From positions 4,466,156 to 4,530,155 of the forward strand of contig CM082588.2 of the NCBI GenBank assembly GCA_040954595.2: 64,000 nt of DNA, in the 5' to 3' direction. The notes beneath the pieces are model-generated. The model ran no database searches. It was not told the origin of the DNA and saw only the letters and a list, made by a program, of their open reading frames with translations. A program made the position numbers and the translations under genes. Each line of letters starts with the position of its first letter. The stretch's first letter is position 1. Positions 10,584 to 24,500 of this stretch are shown piece by piece. Source of the stretch: Balanoglossus misakiensis (Eukaryota > Animalia > Hemichordata).

Positions 10584-12815
10584 TCACCAGTGGTTCTGAG
10601 CCAATCGATCCAGTGTGAATCCATAGTCGTGAGACGAGACTGGTCGCTCCGGTATCGACGTTACAGATCGGTTGATGCTGTGTTGCTGCTGCCCGATGTA
10701 GACCCGCGACCAGCGCGTTTTCGCCGGCGCCGACCTCGGCCGCAGGGTCGGGAACATCACTTTCCCCGTCAGGGGATTGATGCGGTCGATGCGCGTGGGT
10801 GCGGATGCGACGCTTGAGCGACTGTTGCGCCCCGGAGTGGTGTGGAGGGTGAAACTTTGCAGCGTCGAAGTCGATTCGTCGAGTTTGCTGTTAAAAGAGG
10901 ATGATGATTGTTGTAGTTCTTGCATGTGTGAGTACGTGGTGTCGGGAGAGTGCGACAAATGCGCAAATTTGCTCGGTTTTCGACCGAGAACAACTGTGGT
11001 GTTCTTATGAAGTTCTTTCCTCAGTCGAGCCAAAATTTCCGACTTGGTTGGAGGCTGGAAAAGTCTACTGGTTGCCTGTGGTCGGCACAATTTTATCGGA
11101 TGCATTTTATGCGGGTTAAATGTTCTGTATACCATCGTCCACTCGTCCCGCGTCCCGACGCTCTCCGTGTGCGACAGGGCACTTCGGGAGCTGAAACTTG
11201 ACTGGGGACGGTGCACGTGAGACTCTCTCCCGGAGGGGAACGAACGCGGGGACTGGGGCTGCGGTCGCTGGTACCTCTGCTTCAACTCCTCCGTTTTCTC
11301 GAGAAGCGCCGACATCAAGTCCGATGCGTGTCGGTCATCGAGCACCTCCCCCGGCAGAATCGCAGATTTTTCCGTCGACACTTCGTCGAGTCTCTCCGTG
11401 CTTTCTGTGGTCGTCACCTCGGAAGTGGTAGTACTGTCGATGATGAGAAGCGGGTCGAGGGAAAGTAGGAACTCGGAGAGACGCAGCGTGCCCTTCGGGC
11501 GGTGGATTTCCAGCATCTCGTCAAGATCCTTGTCAAGGAAACCAAAACTCGACAGACATTCTCGCAAGATCTGAGGCTGTTGCCGGAATCTCTGTATCTC
11601 CCGAGCGGCGTCGAAGCGACAATCCCGGTCGACGTGGCTGTACAGGTTGTACTCTGGCATGAAGAAATTCGGACAGAATCCTTTCAGGAGACAATTTAAC
11701 ATGTCCTCCAGGAGATGGAGAACGCACACAGCCCCCGGTGTGTCCTGCCAATATGTCAGAAGATGCTTCTCACAGGCCCACAGCATGACAGTTTTAAGAT
11801 AGTACGGGTGCAGGGCATGGCGAACATTGCAGTTTTCGTCGGAGATTTTCCGGATGACCGATTTAAGGCACTGGTAGATGCCAAGCTGTTTATCGTTCAT
11901 CATCCGCATCAGTTCCTTCTCGACATGCGCAGTGCAGATGCGGAAGAGTATTCCGTCGGAATCGTAGTCCGCGGAGAGCGGCTTTGCCGTCACATGATAC
12001 CCAACCCGACGGAGGCGGTCCAGTGACCGGCGTGGCGGCCACTGTCGGCGGCGGCTGAACCAGCCTTCCGCCGCGGACGGCCATCCTTCGCACGGAACGC
12101 AGAGTACAAGATCGGCGTTGGCTTCGTGGCTTTCGGTGGGCATTTTGAAGCCGGCGTGACTTGAAATGAAAGACGTTAAGGTGTCCTGATCCAAGAGGGC
12201 TGATATGGACTCCTGGCGACACTTGTCGAAAAGTCTTTTCTGTAGCTTGGTCGACGACAAGTAGAAGTTGTTTCTATCGTCGTCTGTGAGGTAGACGACG
12301 TAGTCCTTCCAGAGGGACACCATGTCTTTCTTAACTTGGACGTGAATGAAACCCGGGAAATCTCTATTCATTTCCAGGGCCACGTTCTTTTGCTCTTCTA
12401 TGGTAACAGCGATGTTGTCCAACACGAGCATCAGGTCGACGTCGACGCCTTTCGTGTCGTCCGTCACGGTCTCGCTGTCCCCCAAGAAACTCGTTTCCGT
12501 CACCATGATGCCTTTCAGTTGAAACGGCGGCTTGTCGTCGAAGATGGCGTGGTACTTCTCCAGCAACATGTCGTGCTCGTGCTCGGAGTACGTGTCCTCC
12601 TCATCGTCCGCGTCGTACTGGTTGTCGCCATAGAAACCGTTGCCCCGCTCGTACTGCTGCACGGTGTCGTCGCTGACTGACTGGTCGTCGGGGGTCATCT
12701 CGCCGTTCGCCAAATCTGGAGCCACCCAGCACTTCCGCGTCTTCCCGTTCTTGGCGGCGACGTCACCAACTTTCAACGTCTTCTTGTCGTCTTGATTCGT
12801 CTCGCTTTCCGGCAT
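10584..12815 (-). CDS. Mab21/cGAS-like (cGLR-type) nucleotidyltransferase-fold protein, about 743 aa, with an acidic N-terminus and a long Ser/Arg/Pro-rich C-terminal tail
   Basis: Single long ORF; first in-frame ATG at 12815 (the ORF track's TTG start is preceded by an in-frame TGA). Mab21 hallmarks: DVDLMLV, DLVLCVPCEGWP...WFSRRRQWP, GYHVTAK, FRICTAHVEKELM, YYLKTVMLWACE, CPNFFMPEYNL. Acceptor at 12905-12907; possible upstream UTR exon ending at 15128 (GTGAGT). Confidence 0.85.
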   Translation of the reverse strand: MPESETNQDDKKTLKVGDVAAKNGKTRKCWVAPDLANGEMTPDDQSVSDDTVQQYERGNGFYGDNQYDADDEEDTYSEHEHDMLLEKYHAIFDDKPPFQLKGIMVTETSFLGDSETVTDDTKGVDVDLMLVLDNIAVTIEEQKNVALEMNRDFPGFIHVQVKKDMVSLWKDYVVYLTDDDRNNFYLSSTKLQKRLFDKCRQESISALLDQDTLTSFISSHAGFKMPTESHEANADLVLCVPCEGWPSAAEGWFSRRRQWPPRRSLDRLRRVGYHVTAKPLSADYDSDGILFRICTAHVEKELMRMMNDKQLGIYQCLKSVIRKISDENCNVRHALHPYYLKTVMLWACEKHLLTYWQDTPGAVCVLHLLEDMLNCLLKGFCPNFFMPEYNLYSHVDRDCRFDAAREIQRFRQQPQILRECLSSFGFLDKDLDEMLEIHRPKGTLRLSEFLLSLDPLLIIDSTTTSEVTTTESTERLDEVSTEKSAILPGEVLDDRHASDLMSALLEKTEELKQRYQRPQPQSPRSFPSGRESHVHRPQSSFSSRSALSHTESVGTRDEWTMVYRTFNPHKMHPIKLCRPQATSRLFQPPTKSEILARLRKELHKNTTVVLGRKPSKFAHLSHSPDTTYSHMQELQQSSSSFNSKLDESTSTLQSFTLHTTPGRNSRSSVASAPTRIDRINPLTGKVMFPTLRPRSAPAKTRWSRVYIGQQQHSINRSVTSIPERPVSSHDYGFTLDRLAQNHW

Positions 12816-13269
12816 GATTGTATCTTTTGATTGTGGAATCTTCAAGGCGATCTTCTTTAATACAAACGCAGCCAATCTTCACTCACTCTTCCATGGTTTG
12901 GTACCTGTAAGACAAATTCATGACAACGGGTTATTGTAACTAGAAATACCGATGAAGAAAGGTATACTGCTGTCATTATTCAACTCTACGTCATGTTTTT
13001 ATCGCTGACGTACCATGCCGGTAGGTGCATTTGTCAATGATAAACATTTGTCAAAATGAAAATAAATCACTCGACGCTGGTTTCGACCGAACGGTAACAG
13101 TCGAACTGACTTCATAGAATATACAGAACCCAGCAACGACATCCCCCGGACATGCGAGGATCAAGTAAGATTACCCGAGTAAATTTTCACATACCGATAA
13201 CAGGTGTTCTTTTTATGATGGACAACTGACCATTGACCATTATGATGGTGAAAACTTTAGACATTTAGT

Positions 13270-13410
<141 letters not shown>

Positions 13411-16400
13411 AAAAAGAAATGGCGTGCAAGAAGAAACATATATAGGATTGTACAGTAATGACAAGTGAAGGAGGAGGGGGGAGGATTGACAGAGTGTCAG
13501 GCGCGACAAATACAAAACGACTGACGTTTTCAAGTGCGAATATCAATACAGATGGATTCGTGTCCACACTGTTTGATCCCTAAGCTATCAAGTATATATT
13601 TCGCTCAGTGGATCTTTATCCATAATTCACACAAACATCGAATTCCATTATAGTATGCATCTGAACCGGCGTCACGGAAATGCTTCGCAGAAATTGATTG
13701 CATCGTTCGCTTCTCTCACACTAGTTCTCACGAGTGACAAGAACGCGCACTCGCGAGAAACCGTAACCAAGCAACGGTTGACGACATTTATCCACAACAC
13801 GTACGTTTGATATCAGGTAATTTGCGGGACTAATTATGTCGCATTCATTAATCATTCCTTCGTGCTCCGGTGAATTTTCCTGGCAATTAGCTTAACGAAG
13901 TTGGCGCCATTGTGTATCTGCCTCCAAGGTTAGCTTGCGATAACCAACAATTCTGACATCGGTGATATCCGATATTTTAAAGCAAACTTGCAAGAGGTGA
14001 AAGTTCAAGTAGAGAGTACACTATAAGAAAGTCCACTTTGGGGATTTTGTCAAGAAAATGGACCCACTTGTCTTCCTAAATACTTAGTATTCGCCATCAG
14101 TTTGTCATAAATAGACCTACATTTCAGCTTATAATGAGCTTTACATTATTATTGTTAGACGGCCATATGACTTAAATGTTTTAGTCTTTTTCAGTCAGAA
14201 ATCTAGCGTTATGTTTTAAAAGCGTGAAGAGGGCACAATAAAACGTAATCGTGCGTGTAGCTCACACTTTTTTTCGTCAAATGATAAAAATTGAACGTGT
14301 GCTACTAACAACTATGGCTGCTTTGTTGATTAACTGATGAAAGATATCGTTTGTACAGGCCAGCGGTGGGAGTTTTATAAGCTTTTATAGAAAAGGGCGT
14401 TAAAATCGGAACAACAGCAAAAAGACCCCCCTGGACTTGCAATTACAGTCCGTAAATTGTCGACAAGACCAGCCCGTCATTGTTCGTCTGAAGCTGACGT
14501 CAAAATGTAACGGAAGACGGCTACCGACATAGTGGTACGACTAGTATCCACGATATCGGGTTTACACTCAGGGCGATTCTTTACCCGATGTCATATTACT
14601 AATTCGGGGTGTTAAGTTTAGCTACAGAAACGTCCACTGTCATGCATGACTGCATAGACAGAGGTTTCCATTGCCAACTAATAAATGCATACAGGTATTT
14701 GTTATAGCGTAGCCAGCCTAAAAAAAGTATCTTAGGATTAGCTTGTAGGATAAAGTACACGGGGTATACTCACTGACCCGCTCGTTGTCATGAACAAGCT
14801 GCCGTGAAACGGCGCGTAGCGGACTGTCGCAAAAATACACGCAAGTACAAGAATACAGGGCGATCACTGCCAATGTTGAACCAGATGGTTCAAACCCCCA
14901 CATGTCGACATACTCCTATCAAACCACGGTATCAAAAAATTGCGTTACACATATGGACGAGACATGACAGAGCATAGTCGATCGGGTTCATATATATATA
15001 CAGCCGCACACACAGTGGTTGTCAACAGGTGGTGGACATATAACAAAACACTTAACACTCTCTGTGCGCGAAACATTCGTTTGATCATTTCAACTAGAGG
15101 GTCTTTACCATCTTACAGGCCACTCACCTGCTTGTTCCGTGTTCTCCAAAAACGCGATGTATGATAGCCGTACAGAAAAATGTCAGACGACCCGCTTTAG
15201 ATCGACGGGCTTCTCTTGTCACCAACAACAACGCTGTTCTATACACCAGAGCCAAACAGGGGTAAATAGCCCTATTAATAATTCATGAGAAGAGGTAACT
15301 CTATTACAACGTGTCACGTGACGGTCGTCTTTTTAAGTGTTGTATTGTCAAGTCAGCTTTGTGTTGATTGTCAAACAGATCGATCATTCAGTCGGGCCAA
15401 GCCTTTTCTCACTGAGACTCGATATTAAATTGAGGGCACGCACACGTGACCTAATAAATTATACCGAAAATATTTAGACCTATTAAAATGTCATCGGAGT
15501 GGAGAATTCAAAAAGTAATATCAATGGAAATGCTACTGAAATTAACAATTAGTTTAAAAATTGAAGTACATGTATTAACTATATATAAAACAAACTGAAT
15601 GGGATACTGATAGTTAATTTGAAACGTCATTATGGGTTGGGAGTGGGGGTACGTGTTAGTATGCTGCTGTTGACGATGCTTGATTAATTAAAACATTGCT
15701 ACGATACGCTTTAATTGGTAAACTTAGGTGTATTTTTAAACAACATTCTTATGACGCAGATGAATCGTAAACGAAATGCGTAGCGTAGTATAATTTCTTC
15801 GATCTTACGAATGCACTGAAGGTCGTGTTTTTCCATCTCGCCTGAATGAATTTACTTAAAGTTGTAATCCATCATCAGGGCGGACATACATGACTTGCTT
15901 CTCGACGCCGTTGCTATGGCGATAGCCACTACGAGGTCGCGGGGTCATTTGTCATGTCCTGATTTTCTCCGTTCTCCCGAGAGAAAAAACAGACGCACCC
16001 CAAATGTAAATCGCTGATGGCGCTTTTCACTAGTATTTTTTAAAGTTTACTGGAGCCTCTTCTCGGTGAGCAGCCAGCAGAATATAGACAACAGAATATA
16101 TTTAGATTTCAAACTTTTGTCATGTTTATGAACGCATCAGCGGCTATCGACGGTTTTGACAATAGCAAACTGGACTGTTTGTCTATATCTTGTGTATAGG
16201 GCGTACACGAAGATCGACTTGATTAAACATCATATATGAATGCTATCGCCTGAAACGATCAAGATATTTAAAAATGTAATGTGTTTGAGTTGTACTCAGA
16301 ATAAACTCTAAAAATAAACCAAATCATATAAAAATAGCGATTTTTGTCGCGTTTGAGCGACAGTGATTTGAAACATGATACTACAGGTACCCGCAGTACA

Positions 16401-17155
16401 TGAAGATCATTAGAGACAAGTGCAAATTTCGCACCGAGCCGATACGTTGTTTTAATGGTTCAAGTTTAGTTTCTGGCAATATAACTGTGACTTCTAAGAA
16501 ATAACAAATGTATATGTAAATCTGCCAGTGGGTGGAATGCTGAGGAATTTGAAAACTAAAAAAACACATTTTCAGTCAAATCTTGTTAAAAATACAAATT
16601 CGTTGCTTTTAATGTGAAACAAAACTAATTTGAAACATGTCATTACTCGCTGGTGCAAGATACGAACAATCGCGGTTCCATCTCTCTCTCATTTTTTAAT
16701 TGTGTGGTTTCAAAGCATTTTAACTATAGATGACTAAGCAAAATTTAAATGAGCAAAACCCAAAATAATGATGAACGGGTGTCTAAAATATAAGCTCTTC
16801 TTTCGAGGAATGCTTCAAGTTTTTAATAAGCACGGTTAGCGAAACCCGAAATATATAAAATAGTGGCCGTTTCACTTTTGCTTACTCATTCACGGTGTTA
16901 TAATATTTATAGCACATTTTGAGTTCAAAATGTACATCTATGAGTGGAACACTCCAGAAAATAGAAGACCCGATCGGTTGCTTTATCAGATCGGCTCTAT
17001 CTTGTAGTCTGTTAGAATCAATAAAGTCGGCTGTTGTTACATTTGTATACTGTTTGGAGGAAGGTCGTATTCTACACGGCTTCTTTACATACCTTTCGGG
17101 TCGTGCGGTAAAACTTGGCGCTGGGAGAGTGCCGTGCGGTGAAACTTGTGAATGC

Positions 17156-17327
17156 TATATATATAAACCGCGCCTCACGTCATGTCTTGTGCAACACTAT
17201 TAGACCGAGGAATGTCGGATTTATTTGTATCGTCGTCATAAATACAACTGCTTGAAGACAGACACCGTGGGACTACGGGTGAATTTATTTTGGACGGTAG
17301 AACGAAGAATACTCGATTGAATCACAG
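17156..17327 (+). promoter_or_regulatory. Putative TATA promoter and non-coding first exon of the SLC16 gene
   Basis: TATATATATAAA at 17156-17167, donor CAG|GTAAAT after 17327, CpG-rich region running into the first coding exon. Confidence 0.45.
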
Positions 17328-18539
17328 GTAAATATACTGCGTTTTGTATTCTGAATTTTACGTTGTTCGTGTGTGCGGCGTACTGGGGCTGATAACAGGA
17401 CGCGTGCGTATGACGAAATCTCCGGTCATAGACCTTGAAGACTGATATACATGCTCATTTAAAAATATTTTACAGGAGAAATAGTGGAGAGAAATCCGAT
17501 TCATCCCATTAAGACGTGTACGTGCCGTATTCACATTAGCGACACGTCAGACTACGTTTTCTATTCGGTTTCTTCCGTAGAGAACGCGTTTACAATAGCG
17601 CGCCGGCCGGCTTTTCAATGACAAAAGGAAGCCGGTATCTCGACACGTTTTGCGTTCTTGCGTACGTTGTCCGCTATATCCACTACCCCAAAAACGTCCA
17701 CCGTTTCCAAATTACATGAAAACCCCATCGATGAAATCGTATGCTTTCTGCGCGGCGGACAGTTTCATATTTTATAGCGTGAAAAATGTCCGCATTATCC
17801 GTGTCTGGCGCATGATCACTGACGTACGCAGTGACAGCCGCGCCAGACTCCCTAAGTATGTTGTCGATTTCAGATACGTTGATAATGCAACGTGCCATGG
17901 TAACGCGAACAATTGCTACAATGCGCGCTGCGTTAAGCGTTAATCGGCGGAAATCGACATGGCTTTTCCTACTAACAGATTTACCAGAAATATACACGGC
18001 ATTTCGGCCATTAGACCATAGACAGTATATAAATCATGTCTTGTCACCGTGACTTGAGACTTCAGTCTGATTTATTTTTCCGTCGTGCTGAGAATATATG
18101 TATGCCTACTTCAAGTTCGTGTTTTTTAAAAAAAAGTTAGCAGACTAACTATGCGTTACGCGGATTTTTTTTACGTTTCGATAGTTTAATAACTCGTTTC
18201 CATGTCTGGTATCTATTATAACTTGGTCTCCGTTTCAAAACTTGGCGGGCGATTGCCGGCCTCGGCGTGATTGCATCATTGTCGTTGCCACCCACAATCA
18301 GCTTGTCAATGGCATTGTTATTCAAATCAAATAAGGGATGAACCAAGCTTCCCCTTCTCACGCACATCTTTGTTCTCCACGACAGGCGCTGTACGGACCG
18401 GACGGATGGGGGATATGAACTAGCCGACCCGCCAATATTCCCCGCAAGATTTTGTTTGCCCGCAGTCGGGTCGTCCGGCGATGAGTTTCGAACGCCGGCG
18501 TTCTGACAGTCGTAGCTGTTATTGAAAAATAGACATAAG

Positions 18540-21500
18540 ATGGGGAAATTCGAGAAACACCGAGACGAGATCGAACCGGAGACGGAGCGTCGGATCACCG
18601 GCCTCCGCCCGCATCACGTCCCGCCCGAAGGAGGGTGGGGGTGGGTCGTGTGTACCGCTTCGTTCTGGACCAACGGGACGATTTTCGGGATCTTGAACTC
18701 ATTCGGAGTTCTGTTGGTTGCGATGCTGGATGATGAAACTCTCAAGGAGTCTGGAGCCGATGCTTTTAAAACATGTAAGTTTACAGACAGTGTAATTCAC
18801 ATACGGCTTTATATTATAATATGTACACGCATACACGCCATTTTCAAGACAGCACTAGAAAATTGTCCCGATCCTCATGACTTTCGTCTGAAATAATTAC
18901 TTTAAAAAGTATGTGTTTGTGAGAAGAGATATGTTTACAACGTAACGCTGGAGTCGCATTGATTAAACATGAGAATATCCATTACCAATATGTGAATTTT
19001 ACACTGACTGTCACCTTTACGCCTACGTACCCGCTGCGATCAGCTGTTATCTACAATCGACCGGCTTTTGCGCGACGCGTTGCAATCAGCTGGTCTAAGC
19101 ACCTTTTGTCCTATATGTGGTCTGTATCGTTAATTAACAATCGGGCTATTCACAAGTTCTTGTTTACTGAAACGTCTTTCCCTGATAAAGTATGAGAACA
19201 TCAACAAATATTTGGGTCCACGTCTGACATAAATAGCGACAAGAAACTCATATATGTATGTGGCCGCATTTTGTGTTTTTTTTCTCCGAAAAAGACGCAC
19301 AGTGAATGAATGAGCGTCTTCGATCATTTCTTCCCATTCGATGGTTAAGTATAATCGAGATTACATAACGATCTGCGGGTGCCGCATTGTCTTTAAACCC
19401 CAGTATTCTTTGTTGGCTTTCGAGGCCTACTAACACTGCTATTCAAAATCCCAAGTTCATTTACACGTACATACACCCTGATTTGACGGCCTGAGTTGTT
19501 CGTGCGTGTTGAATCTCGTTAACATACAATGCATATCGCCTGATTCGCTATCGCCCTTCAAACCGCATAAAATATTAATTCGCGATGCAAATTGCATTCA
19601 CGAGCCCATCCTATAAATTCATTCAGTCAAACGCTTCTATTTGGGAAAGCAATATGTGATTTATTAACTCTGCAAACCATCCCATATCTGCCTATATTGC
19701 GATAACAATTCTTCAAACTTTATTTTTCCAGACATTCTAAAGTATGCACTTATGTTTATGTCAATTTCGAAAACTTGACATTTCAGTGCGCAATCTGTGT
19801 ATTCACCCTGACCCACAAAGTCCTTAATATATGTTACCTTATCATTCACGGATCCAGGGTAGACTTTTACCAAGGCTAACTTATTCGTTTATTAAAAGAA
19901 AAGTTAATATTTGCACCATTTACTCACGGTCGATTTACTGGTAGGCCTACTGTACTAGTGCGCACATTCATGGTTTATACCCAAGTGTCCAACTTGTTTA
20001 GTGTTCCAGCCGTACGTGTTTTTCGCATTCGTTCCCGCACTAGCCAGGTAGTGTGGGAGCGAAGGCGAAAACACGTACGGATACTATTTTACCAGTCTAC
20101 CAACTTGGGTATTTCGGTGTTTTGCAATTGTCTACGTCCACATGCGTTCAGACCGCATACAGTGGCGTTGATCGTCGTGTCATGAGATACATTACAAACT
20201 GGAAAAACATATTCCTTTGGACACAGTGGTATTAATTTGGAGTTAGACGGAGAAAAATAACTTTACCACGCGTCCGGAGGGTGGGCGCGGGCGCGGGCGC
20301 GCGGGGAATGTCCTCTGCGGTATGACCCCAAGGTGAACCTTGACGTCACACAGTTTAAAGGACCGCCCACACATATAGCGCACATCGACATCGTGGCCGG
20401 GGCGCCGGCCGGTTACAAGTACTTTTACTAGTGTACATGCCCGAACAGTAAGATCATGGTCACCGTGCTTTTACATGTAGTCATATTCGACTTCAAAGAG
20501 GTCTTAAACTGTAGGAAAACGAGAGCCACGTTACATACAAGAATCCAATTACAACGCAGACATAGTCTGTAATCACGTGATGAAATTGATCCCCTGTTGT
20601 TCAGTTCAGTGAAATCACTGTCGTAATCGCTTTCACTGTACATGCCTCGGAACAAACAGACCCCACACCCTTCTAGGGTCAATGCCCTGTAAAAGTAGAC
20701 TCAAAGACGTAAGCTGTAACTCACAGGGAATCGATCCCCAAACTATACACTGGACAACGGTTACTAGTAACCGTGACTGGACAAAACACTGCATCATGAT
20801 CTTGTATACCTGAAACCCCCACACCCCTGAACTGTGTAACAATCCCATTGATAACTGTAATTCAGATGGACAGTACCACAATAATCGTGGGGGGGGGGGG
20901 GGGAGTCACAGTCTGAACTCTCGGGGAATTGTGACAGGTCAACTGTGTAATTTTGGTGGGGTGTTAAGTTGAAGGTCCCAACGTATTTTTGTTAAAGATG
21001 AAGCATAACAATAGCAGTTTATGCATGGCTGCATCAGCTGGTACTGAATGACCTTGACCATAGCAGTGGAACAAGCCTTTTTCAGTTTTCCAGAACAGTT
21101 GAACCTTGCGATTGTGATATTGCGATTGTCCATCTTATAGCCCTGTTAAAGCAAGCAAACAAAAAGATAAAAAAATTTAAACAAATAATCAAACACACAA
21201 ACACAAACAAACAAATACAAATAAAAAATAAATAAATAATAAATAAATAAATACTAATAAAAGGTATATAACTTTAATCTGAAGCTGACTGACATTGCAT
21301 AAATACACAAAAAAACAAATAATATTTTCTGTAACTTTTTAACCTTCAACCCACTTTTAAGTGGGTTTATTTTACATACTTGATAGTCAATCTTTGGAAT
21401 TGGGATGGCATTGTCCTTCAGATACTTGAAATAATCTCAACTGATTGCACTCAAGTACAAGTACTGCGTAATATACCAACCATGGTGTGTTGGATCACTT

Positions 21501-24500
21501 ACAAGGTCAAAGGTCACTCAGATTACAAGGCAACTTTGAACTCTGGTTCACCTTGGTTTTGCAATAATAATCGCTATTAATAACTATAACTAGGTGAGAT
21601 ATTGTGCTGGACAAATTGAGAACATGACATTTGGATTATTATTTCTTCATCCTGCTTTAAAAAGGACCATAAGATTTAATGATATAATATTTGCAAAGAA
21701 GCCAGCATCTTTGAATAATAGTTTTGCAGTAAGCACAGCCACCACACATGTTAGAGACTGTACAAAGTGTGGTCTTTATCAACAATATAGTAAACAATTA
21801 ATTCAAAATGTAACCCGGTGCTGAGTGTAACTTAAAATTATTGACCAACGCGTGTTCCTCTTGACTTAAGGAGGAAAATTGGTGTAATTTGGGATCAGAC
21901 GATCTGATACATCATCCATCTTGTCTCTGTTATCTGGTGTTTGTAATGGGCTTGTCATTCATAGTCTAATGTACAGCCATAGTGCATGTTGTTTGCGCCA
22001 TACATTAGGGCGAAATATTGGATAGGCCCTTTGCAGAGTTCACTTTTCTAGGAGGGTGAGCCATTGTGTGACTGTATGTCTATGGTAGTATTTGTTGTAT
22101 GGACAAGAGACTATAAAACTGTCTGGCCAGGATTTAATCAGGAAAGTCATCTGTGGGTCAAATCAGTCGTAAAATTCAAAGTTTTGGCGAACCACTCCGC
22201 CAGGTATAATCTTTGCTCTTCGAAATCCACTGAGACCAGGGGCACTAATGTGTGTGACCGTACTTTTCCATGTACGTGTTACCTGAAACATTTTTTATGC
22301 ATCGTCTGTTTTGGAATTTACCATCAATCTTTGAGACGATCACGATAGATTTGCTCATGAAATCATTGATGAGAACTGTCTTTTCATATATGTACAGGGG
22401 AGACACTTCTGAATAAAGAACAAATTTAGCAACCTATGTTTATTTACTGTTTGGGAATCCAATAAACACTTGAAAATGTATTTTTAGGTGAAGATTACAG
22501 ACTTATCTGCTTCCAGGACAATAAAATATTTATTTTTAGAACACATGTTGCTGTTTTTAACCATTAATTGGTTGTAAATTGCTGGGGTGTCTCTCTAAAA
22601 CGGGTGATAGGGGACTAGAAACCTCATTATGGTGCATTTATTGTTAATAGCAAACTATACAGGGGGCAATGGTCAACAGCAGATGATGGAAAGACTAGAT
22701 AAATGTTTGACCGCTGTTTGACCACAAAAACAAGATGTGCATTCAGTGTGATAGCTAGTTGTCAGTGGTCTTCTTAGGAAGATTTTTTTAGAAAACATGT
22801 CAGGTATAATGACTGTGGTGAACTGTTTGGAATTAATACGGAATGTCACTTTGAAATGAGACTACAATATAGTGCCTTTAAAAGTGTGAAAAAGTAAAAG
22901 TGATCGATCCAAAGAACAATAATTTTTGTTCACTTGGCCTTAAAGATGCATATCCTGCAAGTCAGGACTGGCTTTGAATGAAAGCATTCACATGTTGGTC
23001 AAGTGTATTTTTTCAGTTGACCCTTAACAAAAAGAAAAAGGAAGAGCTATGGCGGCGGAAGTCGGAAGAGTGCCCTACATACTGCGTCCGGCAGGAAAGT
23101 TGTTGCCAGGGAACCTTGCCTCATTTGCATGTTTGTATTGTTTCAAAATGGCCTTTTCAAAGTGACCTTCTTTTTCGCTCATTAAAACAAAACGCACTTT
23201 TACCTTCAGTTGCTGCATTTTGGCAATTATCTAGGTCAATTCCAGGGGGAGTGGTTCTGATTTTCATTTACATACAATGGTGGCGACGTCATTTAAATGC
23301 ATGGATGAATAGTTGTGGTAAACAACCCTATTTTTCGTACCAGCGCACAGTTTTTAGTGTCAATCAACGCTTTCTTCTCTTTGACATCATTTGAACAGCT
23401 GATGTCTGTTGTTGTGTTGTCTACATCAGAAAGAACTTGTTCCTTTGTATTATTTTTTTTCAAAAAGTTAACTGTAAGCTGTTTTCTCAACCTTTCTGTC
23501 CTGGCCTGTTGGATCAAAATAAAATTTATATGGCTAACAATATTTGCAACTGCACTCCTGAACTGAGATTAAACCCTTTCACCACCATGGTTCAGTCCAA
23601 ATCCATTGTTTTCTATGGTAAAGTTGGACCTCTACACAGAAAACCAGGGGTGAGAGGGTTATGAGTACAATCTTTATTCAGAAGTGATGGTTAATCTAGG
23701 ATAACAAACACAGAGTTGCTGAGTCAGCATGGTTGCTTTTCTATCTGATAGTCACAATGATTGATTGACATGTTGTGATAAAAATGACAAAATTACTGTG
23801 ACATATGAAAGTGTTGAATTCAGCCTCTGACAGAGTGCACTATGAAGGGGTCACACTGTCATACATGTACCTTTTCAATATTCTGAAGGCTAATAAACAC
23901 CATTTTCAGTGTGAACAGATGATCATCCGATATTGCAGATATTGTGAACTATATTTAGAAATCATGTGATGTGCAACTTGATGGTCAGCTGAGGGAATTG
24001 TCAGATTTCCGTATTATATAGCTGTGCGACACACCCCTTCCAACGCCCACTACCGGGTAGATCTCCTTCATCTGGAGCTGGGGGTGTGTGAGTGTCGCGA
24101 TTTGACGAGCGCATAGTCGGAATTTAATGAGCATGCACACGGCTTATAATTCTTGGGTTGACCTTGATGTATTTCTTAAGGAAATTTATTTTATAATCAT
24201 GTAACAGTTGAGTGGTTTTTAATTGATGACTGATTTTCCTCAGTGTACACTTGACTTTCCAAGTTTGGTAAAGCATACATGCTAAGAATGGTCCTATGAA
24301 CAGAGTGTGTGCATACGTGCATGTATGTGTGTGTTTGTGTGTAGTGCGGCTAATATATTTCATTCACATTAGTTATAGTCTGCCACTGACTACTCAGTTG
24401 AAAAGAAGTTGAATCCCAAGAGGGATCATTGAACTTTGTGGTCGCTCAGTGCTCTCTTCTGGTAAACAACCTTCATACAAAATAATAAGTAAAAATAATA

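Noticed and set aside
10569-12680. Many overlapping and antisense ORFs across the Mab21 gene
   Set aside because: Expected shadows of a GC-rich coding exon; no independent motifs or splice structure
12816-12875. TTG-initiated N-terminal extension in the ORF track
   Set aside because: Eukaryotic context; an in-frame stop lies just upstream and the first ATG is at 12815
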